A stretch of 64,000 nt of DNA from Vitrella brassicaformis CCMP3155 (taxonomy: Eukaryota; Protista; Chromerida), in assembly GCA_001179505.1 (NCBI GenBank), contig CDMY01000293.1:1-64000 (forward strand), given 5' to 3'. A program made the translations under genes and the position numbers. Positions 23,985 through 35,139 of this stretch are shown one piece after another. Each line of letters begins with the position of its first letter. Within the stretch, counting starts at the first letter, position 1. The notes beneath the pieces were generated by a model that saw nothing but the letters and a program-made list of their open reading frames with translations, was not told where the DNA came from and did no database searches.

Positions 23985-26494
23985 TCAGCCACCTGACGCG
24001 TACGTCACCTGCACAGACACACACACGGAAACCACGGCCAAGATCCATCCATCAACATGCAGTGTAACCGTGTGACGCTGCTCACTCACTGACTCACTCC
24101 GTGTTGGTCCACAAGATGCGATTCGTCTTCCATCATCTGCACCTGCAGCCGTGCCGCCGGCGAGCAGCTGGCGATGGCAGCCAGCCGCGCCGCCCGATGC
24201 ACCTCCACAGACAAGGGAGCCGTCAGCCGAATGGGCATCGTCATGCGTCGAGTCAGCCGCAGCGCGGGGCTCTCGGTGCTGTCATCTCCCCTTGCTTCCA
24301 TGTCGATGGGGTGCGACAGAGTGCGCTGGATGGGCTTGGAGGGCTCCTGGGGCTGCTGTTGCTGATGGTGGTCCAGCTGCACCCATTGTGGGGGGAGGTG
24401 CTCGTGTGGCGCTGGTTGCTTTGGCGGCTTGTAAGTGCGGATTGAGTAGAGGCACATGAAGGCAATGGGGATGAGCAGGACGCCCATGAGCTCAAATGAG
24501 AGGGCGTAGTCGTTGTGCAGCAGCTGCACCAGGGGGGAGGCCACCAAGGGGCCCAGCATCAGCCCGCCATTGAAGGTCTGCTCCTCCAGTGCGAAGGCCT
24601 TCCCGTGGTCCTCAATGCCCTCCTCGTGCAGCCATGAAGCTACAGACACACACAACCACACACACGATACGCAGATCCACAAGCACCTCCTTTGTCCCCT
24701 CTGTGTGCGTCTGTGGGCGTGTCAGTGAGTGAGTCAGTGGCGTACATGCGAATGCGAATGCGCTGGTCTCGGCGGACCCCAGCCCCACACCGAAGAGGGT
24801 CAGCACCGTCACCTGGAATGTCGACAGAGACGACGAGGCCAGGGAGAACCCCATCACAATCGTGCACAGCGCGCACCACGCCGACGCAACCAAACAAAAC
24901 ATCATCGGACGCAGCTGAAACCTGCACACATGGAACCTCTCTGCAGACAGACAGGAGTGTGGTCCACTCGTGTGTGGACGTACGTACCTGTCTATAAGGA
25001 ACCCGGTGGTCGGCCCACAAGTGATCTTAGTGATGAATTGCGGCATGAACAGCGCGCCGGTGGCACTGGCAGACAGGCCATAGGCGTCCCGCCAATACAG
25101 GGGCAACAGGGCCTGTGGACAACGGCACACACATGCCACCACGTGACATGTCCTGGCGCGTACACGTAAGTGCGGAGACGCATACCTGCAGAGCTGACGC
25201 TGCGGCCCACGGCAGAGTGACACACAGCATTGCCGTGATGAAATGGACATTGGCAAAGACGGCGTAGCCCTGCCGCTTCGGCTTGTCCTCCTCTGTCAGC
25301 GGCACCACCAGATCGGGCAAGCTGCCACCACACCCACCCAGCAACAAACTTGTGATGCCTCCTCGTTGTCTCGTGCACAAATGGCCGTCGTCTCACTCAC
25401 TCGTGTGCCAGCTGCTGCGCGTTGCTGCCCTCTTCGGTGGGAAAGCGCCCGGTCGCCGCGATGAAGACCACGGCGGCCAAGGAACCACAGGCAAGGACGA
25501 GCATGACACCCCACACGCACTTGCTGCCAGCAGCGTCGTAGAGGAAACCTCCAGCTGCCGGGCCGACAATAGCGCCGACGTCACCCGTGAGCGCAATGCC
25601 CACTGCGGTGGCCCTGTTGGACTTGTCCTAAGGTGAATGGAGAGACACAAGCAAGATACAACATGCCTCACGCTGGCCAAGGCACGACAGAAATGCCTCA
25701 CGTGAGTGCGTGCCAGCGCCCCGAAGCCCGCGGGATACAAAATGGATGACGCAAAACCCTGACACAGACAGACGGCAAGCAGAGACGATAATGCACTCCA
25801 TGTTTACGTGGCATTCAGTGTGTCACCTGCAGCACTCTGGCGACGATGTAAGACGCGAGGGAATCCTAAAGCACAGACGTACGCGGCACAGCGGCCAGCA
25901 GTGTACTCGGGACGAGGCAGGCTGGCAGGCATGGCTCACTCACCTTGATAAGGTAACACAGGCCACCCATCGCCAGCAGGGCGAACGGCACGACCAGCAT
26001 CTTCTTCCACCCCACCCTGACCAACAGACAGCGACATCGATGGCAGCATTCACACGGCCGGCGTACCTGTCGATGATTATTCCACCTGAACCAAGCCCAA
26101 ACAGCCAGGGAAATCCTGGATGAATGTACCACAACACACGATCCCTCTGCTGGCACGTACCGATGGGCGCGAAACCGATGGCAATGATTGGTCGTGCGAT
26201 GAAGATGAGGCTGTGCAGAACGGGTGGAAGGCTGAGCGTCCGGGGGCTGACCGTAACAATCACTGTCTGCACACAGAATACATAAGTGGCGATAGATGAC
26301 ACGACCACCCCTACGACGTCGAAGGAGTCAGCAGTTCGTCGCATTGATGCTACCTGGTACATCATGTCGGTGAAACAGCCAAACCACACAACCTGCCACA
26401 CACACATTGAACATGGAAAGCACATCTTCGCATTCACACGGCCCTCCACTGCCTGCGCTTATACAATGACGAGGCCGTAGTGAATGTCCTTCAT
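23985..26494 (-). CDS. Major facilitator superfamily transporter (SLC18/DHA1-like)
   Basis: MKDIHYGLVI-VVWFGCFTDMMYQ; GIIIDR..GWKK (MFS motif A-like); MGIALTGDVGAIVGPAAGGFLYDAAG; ALLPLYWRDAYGLSASATGALFMPQ; GPTTGFLIDR; GLMLGPLVASPL; many hydrophobic TM segments. The last exon (VTYASGG*) is tentative. Confidence 0.85.
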
Positions 26495-26557
26495 CGTCGA
26501 AAGCAGATCAGATGCCAGATCTTCCCTTTTTCAGCTCGCAGAGATCGCCTTGCTGAA
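26495..26557. promoter_or_regulatory. Extremely short (63 bp) divergent intergenic region, putative bidirectional promoter
   Basis: Predicted ATGs at 26494 (minus) and 26558 (plus). Contains AGCTCGC (GCGAGCT on the minus strand) at 26533-26539. Confidence 0.45.
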
Positions 26558-27925
26558 ATGCGTGTTTTTTTCTATGGCAGTGCAGCAGAGCAGTTCGTGC
26601 GCCTCCATCTGCCCACAAGCAGCGAGATCCATGAATCAAACTCGACGAGATCTCCTCATCCCGTGTGCGCGGTCATCCACGGCGGCTACTGGTAGGCACG
26701 AAGCCTCTCCTCCCCCCAGACTGCTGACCGTCGGCATGTGTGCACTGCTGCAGGAAGAATCAGTATGATTTGGATTCGTACTGCATCAAGAGCATCGCGC
26801 CTGCGCTGGCGAGGAGAGGCTACGCAGCGGTGGAGGTTGAGTACAGACGGCGAGACCACCCGGGAGGAGGATGGTGGGCGGCAGCCACATCAGACACCAG
26901 TGCAGCGGGGGGTACTTGCCAAGCCGTGTGCACTGGTGTGTTTGTGTCCATCACATGATGCAGGCCCGGCACCAACGTCGACGTGGTGCTCGCCCTCAGG
27001 TGATCTCACCTCGCTTCCAAGGAACCAACCATTGTCGCTGCTTTGCTGCACCCCTGCCTTGTGTGCGTTGTGTGTACATGCAGGTACCTCAGCGACCTTG
27101 CTGACCCCGCATCGGCTGCCCTTCCCTTGGACCTCTCCCGTCTGGTCATCATGGGCCACTCAGCGGGTGGCTGCCTTGCGATGTGGGCAGCGGAGGAGTG
27201 CCACCGAATGCACGCCACCGGTGCTGTCGACACCGATGGGGCTCTGAGTCTGAGTGAGGACGAGCGAGAGGGGCTGGAAGGATGGCGCGCGGTGGTGCCG
27301 CGTGGAGTGGTGGCGATTGCGCCCGTGGCTGACCTCATCGAAGGGTGAGTGGGCGGACGGCAGGGAGGGAGGGATTGAACAGATGAAGACAATCACTGTT
27401 GTTGATTCAGTTATGAGCAGAAACTGAGCGACGAGGGCGACGCGGTGGAGCGATACATGAAGGTACCTGACGAAGTCTCTGGTTGTCTGTTGTCATGCTA
27501 TCGGTGTGCAGATGCGCCCCACTGACTCGTCGGTTGCGCGTGAGGCCTACACGAGGGCATCCCCCGCCCACCAGCTCCCGAATCGTGTGCCGCAGGCTCT
27601 CATACTGGGCCGTCGCGACACGGACGTCCCCCTGGCGCATGGAGAGAGCTATTACGAGAAGGCCAAGATAGCGGCGCATAATGGTGGGTGCATGGGAGGA
27701 TGGGGGACCTGTGTATGTTGGACGGGCGCACGTGTACACGTTCGTTCGATAGCCTCTGTACGTGTGCTGTGCTGTGCTGTGTGTGGTGTGTGTGGTCATG
27801 CAGACGAGTCGAGTGTGCGTCTGTATAGCATTGAGAGTGCGGATCACTTCGATCTCGTCGACTGTTACAACAAGAAGTGCTTCGAGACTCTCATCGAGGC
27901 CGTCGAGGGGTTCATCCACACCTGA
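26558..27925 (+). CDS. Alpha/beta-hydrolase (Aes/HSL-like esterase; kynurenine formamidase-like motifs)
   Basis: YGSAAEQFVRLHLP; oxyanion motif VIHGGYW; VEYRRRDHPGGGW; nucleophile elbow GHSAG; GRRDTDVP (Asp); ADHFDLVD (His); stop at 27925. Confidence 0.9.
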
Positions 27926-28020
27926 TATACGCGCATAGATGCAGCGTTGGCGGCTAGCTAGGACGATGAACGGTTGTCGTGCGTTTCATGATCGGCGAAA
28001 GAGATGGACAGAGACACGAC

Positions 28021-28052
<32 letters not shown>

Positions 28053-28269
28053 CAAATACAAATACATGCACCAACCGATACATATACAGACAGACAATCA
28101 ATCAACCAATCAACCAAATAATCGTTTCTCTCGACTGACAGACTCACCAGTTAACTGTCTCATCCATTGACTGACTGACTGACTGCTTCGCTCCTGCACC
28201 GGCGTTTCTGTCTGTCTGTCAGTCAGTCAGCTTGTTTGTTTGTGACTTGCTGCTGCTGGTGTTGGTGCG

Positions 28270-30408
28270 ATGATGCGTGGAGAGGTGCGTGTGGATCGCG
28301 TCAAGCTCTTCCTGGGCGGGCTGAGCCACACCACCACCGAAGACGACATTCACCACCACTTCACACACTTCGCCAAGTGCTACAGAGCTGGTGAGTGCAT
28401 GGGCGGGCCAGCACACACGTGCACACAAAATGAATGCCTCTCGCCTGTGTGTGTAATGTGTGTGTCAAATGGTCAGTTGTGAAGCGTGACTTGCGTGGCA
28501 AGCCGCGTGGCTTTGGCTTCGTGGTCCTCAGCAAGGAAGGCGCACAAGTCGCTCTCAGATCACCGCAGGCAAACAAACACACACACACTGACACACCCAC
28601 ACATCGATCCATTGCTCTCTATGTGTGTTAGGTGTTGTGTGGTCGCGAGGTGGACGTCAAGCCAGCCATCCCGTCGGAGCTGCACACGGCCGCACCCACA
28701 CACGACAGCCACACACACACTCTCGCCGCCCACCCGCCGGCCCCACTCCCACACGTCTGCCCCATCTTCCCCACTGAGAGTCAGCCACCCAACTCACAGA
28801 CACAGCCACAACGCACAGCAATATACGCACCTTTGTCTCGTGGTCTGGCTGTGTGTCTCTGTGTGTGGCACGATACATAGAGGTGTTTGTGGGTCATCTG
28901 CCGTCGTCTGCGTCGGTCCAGCAACTCGAGCGCTACTTCGCCAAGTTCGGATCCACCGTCGAGCAAGCCACCATCATCCGTGGTACACAACCATGACGTG
29001 TCTCCAGCCATCCATCCATCCGTGTGTCTCTCTCTGTGTGTGCGTCAAGGTGAGGACGGCCGATCGAAGGGTTTTGGCTTCGTCACGCTCAAGGACTGGG
29101 CCGCCGTCGACAAGATCATGGCCCAATACCACACACACAAGGCAACCCACACACATTCGACACAACACACACAAACAAAACAAACAAACAGCAGCCACAC
29201 GCCATCCATTCATGTTCTCCCTTCCATCTATCTATCTCTCTGTGTGTCTCTTTAGATTGATGGCCAGTGGGTGGAGGTCAGCCAGCCATGCACATGGAGC
29301 TGATGCGTGCATGACCAGCATCAGACTGTGTATCCGTGTGTCTCTGTTTGTCTTTAGGTGAAGCGAGCAATGCCACAGAACGAACTCAAGCTGCTCCCCG
29401 GCGAGATGCGACACCAACAGCCGCACAGCCACAGCCACGCACAGGCGCCACAGCACGACTGGCGCACAGGTGCCACAGACGACAATGACAAGGACAACGA
29501 GGCCTTCGAGTACCAATCGGCCGTCTCACTCCTCGACCAACACAACCAACTGCAAGGTCACCTCCCAACCCTCACTCAGGCCTCATCTCTCTATCTCTCT
29601 ACCTATGTCTGTCTCTTTGTGTCTGTCTCTTGCTTAGATGCGTGTGAGAGCTCTGCCGCTGACGTCCTTTCACCGCCGCCAGGCAACCAGCACAAAACCA
29701 CACCAGACGAGACGAGACAAGATCTGTCTGTCTGTGTGTGTGTTCAGGATTTGAGGACGTGATGATCCCCGACACGGCTCAAGTGCAAGACACCCAGCCA
29801 AACCACGTCAAAGCAAACCAACCAACACGCAATGGACGGATAGCGAGTGCACATGATGCGTATCGATTGTGTGTCTGTATGCAGGCCGACTCTGCCAAGA
29901 CGGCCGTAGACGATGGGGCACAGCACGCCTGCAAGACCGACGCCAATCAACCAACGGTGACTTAATCAAACACATCCACACCACACCAAACCATGACACA
30001 AGCATCACAGGGAATGTCTGTGATCGATCAGTGTGGGGCTGTCAAGGGCCGAAGGAGTGACGAGAGCGACAAGTCCAAGGCATCGTCGAGCGGGCTGTGC
30101 TCATCCAGCCGCTCGTCCATCGTGACGCCGATCCCCAACTGCCAACCCACTGTGCAGGTGCGTATCCATCCATCCATCCATCCATCCATGTGTCTTGTCT
30201 TGGTTGTGGATGATGGCAATCACGTGTGTATGTGTGTGTGTGTTTGTGTTGTGTGCAGGAGTGTCTCCGTCTGCTCAAGTCTGCGATCGAGCGAGAGGCG
30301 AGTGGCGGCAACGCGCACAGGCCCCCCACACACCTCACCGCTGCACTCATCAGCACATGCACCGCACTGCTCGACCAGATGCACGACAACCAACACACGC
30401 ACGAATGA
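28270..30408 (+). CDS. RNA-binding protein with two RRM domains (Musashi/hnRNP A1-like) and a low-complexity C-terminus
   Basis: RRM1: KLFLGGLS (RNP2), RGFGFVVL (RNP1), REVDVKPAIP. RRM2: EVFVGHLP, SKGFGFVTL, IDGQWVEV-KRAMPQ. Final exon ends LLDQMHDNQHTHE*. Confidence 0.85.
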
Positions 30409-31113
30409 AGAAACACAAACAGAGACAGAAGGAAAGAGGAAAGCACGGAAGAGAGTCGGTGGAAGTGGTGGGTGAATCTTTCATGGATGGATGGCTGTCG
30501 TACGTGAGTGGATGAATGAATGAAGGAATAAATGAGACCAGCCAAACAATGAATCGCATGAATACTGTACGTGAATGAATGCATAACGATGTCTCCCATA
30601 TGCATCGATGTCGTAAAGCCAAGATGCCGGCGTACATTTCAACAGAATACATGCAGGGCATTGCAGGTGCGTCTGTCTAGCCGAGAGACAACTATACATG
30701 TGTGACGGTAAGAGGCGTGGGCGCATTGGGACTCGCCGCTACCGCGCATATACGAATTGCACGCTCCATCGTTGCCGTCTTTTTCATCCCGATCGCCGAG
30801 GCGCAATTGCCGAAGCGGAGGGCTTTCATATGTAGATGGGTGGAGGGATGGATGGGTGGATGGATGGGTGGACGAGTACTGGAGTGTGCGATGTGTGAGT
30901 ATGAAACGAGACGAACAACCTAATTGGCAAGTCAGTATGGCCGCGACTCCACTCATTTATGAGCCATTCGTCCACTCATCCGTCCATGCGATGCATGCAG
31001 CCACCGTCAACACTCACACACATTCGCTCTCCATCCATGGATCATATATGTGTCCATCAGTCTGCGTGTCTCCCTCTGCCTGCCTGCCTGTCTGTCTGTG
31101 TTGTGTGTCGTCT

Positions 31114-31444
31114 TCATTTTCTCTTTCTGTCGATGACGCGGCCACGCTGGTACTTGCTCTGCGTGGGAGAACACAGCACAGCACAGCAGAGCAGAGTGGG
31201 AATACAGAAAGGGGAAAGTGAGCGGCAAGTGAATGCTTCTCACCTGTGTCGAGATCATGCCTTTGGGCTCACACAAGGGCGGAGGGCGTCCGTCGTTGTT
31301 GCACTGCGCGCATTGTTGACAGAGGGGTGTGTATGTGCGTGTGTGTGTGCGTGTGTATGTGTGTGTGTGTGTGTGTGTTGGGGGACTTACCATGTCGTCA
31401 TTGGTGTCTTGTGCGGGTGAGGCCTTTGTTCGCTGCTGCTCTCT

Positions 31445-31475
<31 letters not shown>

Positions 31476-34400
31476 CGGCCCTCCAATCGACGTACAGCCA
31501 GCGCAAGAGATGAAACCTGATTGATGAGTGAGACACGCTGCACCATCCATTCCATGCATCCCATCAGTGTGCATGTGCTGTCTGCGTGCCTCGGCCTCAT
31601 GTGGGGCGAGTGTCTTGTCTCTGTTGGCAGTTATCTCCTGTCGCGCTTTCGCGAACACTCCACACCAACGCTGCACACAGATGACACTTGTGTGGATGTG
31701 GGGGGGTGTTTGCGTGTGCCTCGCTGACTGGCTGACTGACGTGCACACTTACATCTGCCAAGTGCTTCTTGTTGGCCTCGTGCTGTCTGGCCGTCGCCTC
31801 CTTGTCGCTGTCATCAAACGAACCACCAAGCGCACTAAGGAAGGACACACATATACACAAAGACCCAGAGGCACTCATCCACAAGTGTGTGTGTTTTTGT
31901 GTGTGTGGTCGCTCACGTGTATGTAGCTTGTTGGATCTGTCTCTCGAGTTGCGTCTCCATTTGTCGTCTGATGGGTTCGTGTTTGTTGGCCTCGCTCTGC
32001 GCGTACACACTCAGGGTCCTTTCGTCGGCCTGCACACAGCTCATGCCAGAGAGGGACATGGACAGGGCATCTCTCGTGACGTGATCTCGAGGGTCACCAT
32101 GCGCATCGAGACGTGAGATTGGCTTTGGTGCCGCCGCTCTGCATGCTTGAGACGAGCATCGAGTGCAGACAGCCTCGCCACAAGCTCACTCTCCCTGCCC
32201 GGCATACACACCATACACATGACATACATGACATACATGTGTTGCCTTTCAAGGTTGGTCCGTGTTCACCAGTTGGGGAATGTACCATCCGTCTGGCGCT
32301 GCAGCGCGGTGCACTCGTCGCGGGCCGCGTTCTCATTCTTCTGCTCGGTCATCATGGCCTCGTCGAACGAACGGATCTCAGCTGATGCATCAGCACCACA
32401 TACGCACACAGAATGAGAGACTGTGAAGTGTCTCTCTTTCTGTGTGTGTCGGATGACCGTCCATTTCCGCGATGCGTGCCTGCACCTCTGCCAACTCTCT
32501 CTGGACACACAGAGACACACAACAGGGGCCGTTTTGCCTCGTGTGCGTCGTCGTTCAGTATGCAGTGCACCTGTGTGTTGTCGATTTGGTGTGTCTGTGC
32601 CTTTCGCTGATCGGTTGCCCCGTCGAGTCGGCCACTCACTGATACCAACTCATCGAGCAACTGCACACATTCGCACAAGTCCACAAAGGTGCTGTTGTGT
32701 TTCCATGCTTCTTACTGCGATTTGCTGCTGGATGGCGCTTGTCTTGCTGTCGACATCTGTCAGCTCATCGGCGAAACGCGTCTCCTCACCAGCCAACTCT
32801 ACATCCACGCACACATACACACAGGAGACACATGAACGTTTCTGTCTGTGTCTCTGTCTGTGTATCGTGTCGGTGGTTGCTGACCGTCGATGCTTGTTTG
32901 TATGTCGTGTTGGTGTGTGCGTTTGTCGGTCATCTGCTGCTCGAAGGCCTTTGATGCCTTGTCCACCGCTGCGATGACGTCGTGCAGTCTGGTTAGCTCG
33001 GCTGCGATGTCACTTGTCTCGTGCGTCACCACTGCTGCCCTCTGCTGCGCACTGGCCGTGGCCTCGCTCCAACTCGCCGTCTCCCTCTCCACGTCAGACA
33101 CCCTGACAGCACGAGACACACCATCCATACATCCATACATCCGTGTGCGTGTGCATGGGTCTTTCGCTTACTTCATCGACCGCTCTTCTGCCAGCAGCGC
33201 GTCGAGTCGGTGAGCGGTTTCTGCATGTCTGGCCTCCTCACGCGAGACGCACTCAGCACGCACAGCCAGCTCCTGACATGCGCACATGACCTCACATGAA
33301 TCACGGTGTGTGAATTGTGTGGGTCGTGTTTACCTGTTGGAGGCAATGGTCTTGCTCTCTGAGGAACTCAAGCTGCATGGTCAGCCCTTGCTGAACACAG
33401 CCGCACACACACACACAAATGGCACACAGATACAAACGTGATGTGTGGTCGGTGTGTGGTTGGTTGGTTTGTTTGCCATCGCTGCATCGGTCTCGAGTGC
33501 GTTGAGCTCCTGCTCGGCCGCTGAAAAACTGCTCTCGAGCGTGTCTCCCTCCCGACAGGACAGAGAGAAGTTGGACTCGATCGTACGCAACGCAACCTGC
33601 ACACACAAAAACAGAGTGAGCGCATGTGAGGAGGATGCGTTGTGTTGTGGTGTGTTGTGGTGTTACCTTGGCCTTGTCCATCGCTTCGTGGAGTGACTGC
33701 AGCTCTGCGGTTTTGCTGTCTCGGTCACGCTCGGCGGCCGACTTGTCGGCGAGAGACACGGACAGATGACTGTGCGCTGTGCGATTGTCGGCCTTGTTGG
33801 ACAGAAACTCTCTCTCGCCTGAGAGAGATGCACACAGAATGGATCCGTCCATCGCCTCTTCTCTCTTTGTGTTGTCCTGTGTACACACACGTACACTGGT
33901 CGAGCTGCGCGGCGAGGGCTTTGTTGGCGTCCATCAGACACGCAGCGCGACGCGAGGCAGACGGGAGCTGACCAGACGAGATCAAATGGATGCGTGCGTG
34001 GATGGATGAGTGGGGTGTTGGTACTTTGTCGTTGATGATGGTCATGATGGCATCGGCCTCGTGCTTGCAGCCATCGATGAACCCACGGTAACGGTCACGG
34101 GCAGAAGACAGCGTCTCATGAGCTGACACATCACATACACACACATGCAGTGGATGGATGCGTCGACATGTGTGTTGGGTGGTTGTTGGTGTGAGTGTGC
34201 GTGCCTTGTTGGATGCACTGCTCAGTGGTTTGTGTCTCCTGTCTGCAGAGGGTGTGTTGCGTCGATGCGATATCGACCTTGCACGTGATGTCTTGCCACT
34301 TGCTGTGCAGGTCCACTGCACGCTGCTCGTGACCCGTGAACGACTCCTATGCACACACGAACGAATGTATGAAACGTACCACACAGGGAAATGGATGAAC

Positions 34401-34837
34401 GAGTGGATGTCGTGTGCGTAGATGTGTGTATGTGTGTGTGTGGTGACTTGGAGTTTGTCGAGTTCCTGCGCGAGTTTGTCGATCGCTGCCACATTGTCGA
34501 TCAGACACACAGCACTCTGGTCAATCCGACCTGCACGGCAGAGACACAAGTGTGTTGATGCACTGCAGTGCAGTGTATGGATCGGCGTGTGAGTGCGTGT
34601 ACTTTTCTTGGCAGTGTGCTCGCGCATCAAAGCCGTCAGGTCTTCCTTCACACTGTGGAATATCTACATGTCGGACACACACACGCCGCAAAGGAACAGA
34701 GGGACACATTGATGAATGGTCTGGTGTCTGTCTGTCTGCCTCTGTCTGTGTGTCTGTGTGTGTGGTGTCCGTGCCTGCATGTCCTTCCGCTGCTTGTGGA
34801 TGGAAGCGTGCACACCCGCCGAGCCGTCTTCACTCAT
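31114..34837 (-). CDS. Long coiled-coil protein of unknown function (many short exons)
   Basis: Consecutive GT-AG-bounded exons encode heptad-like helices (IDNVAAIDKLAQELDKLQ, TAELQSLHEAMDKAK, AEQELNALETD, ESELVARLSALDARLKHAE, RRLEGRQQQQQQQQ). Predicted start MSEDGSAG at 34837; predicted end SKYQRGRVIDRKRK*. Confidence 0.72.
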
Positions 34838-35139
34838 GGCGACTCACACAGACAAACAGACAGCCGCAGATCGATCGAGAGGCAATCAATCGGTCGGCGA
34901 ACGAGTGAAAGACTCACAAGTGAGGCACACAAGCAACGAGGGCGACCGTCGAGTGTTTTCTCCGGTTGACTGGCTGCCGCTGCAGCTTTGAATTACGTAC
35001 ATGTATTCGTGTACACACATATGTACATATGTGTTTGTTGATCGATCCATGTACGTACGTATGTCTGTATGTCTGTGTGCGTGCGGTTGGCGCATGTCTC
35101 TGATGCACTAGCTACGTGGCACTCACACTGCCTCCCTGG

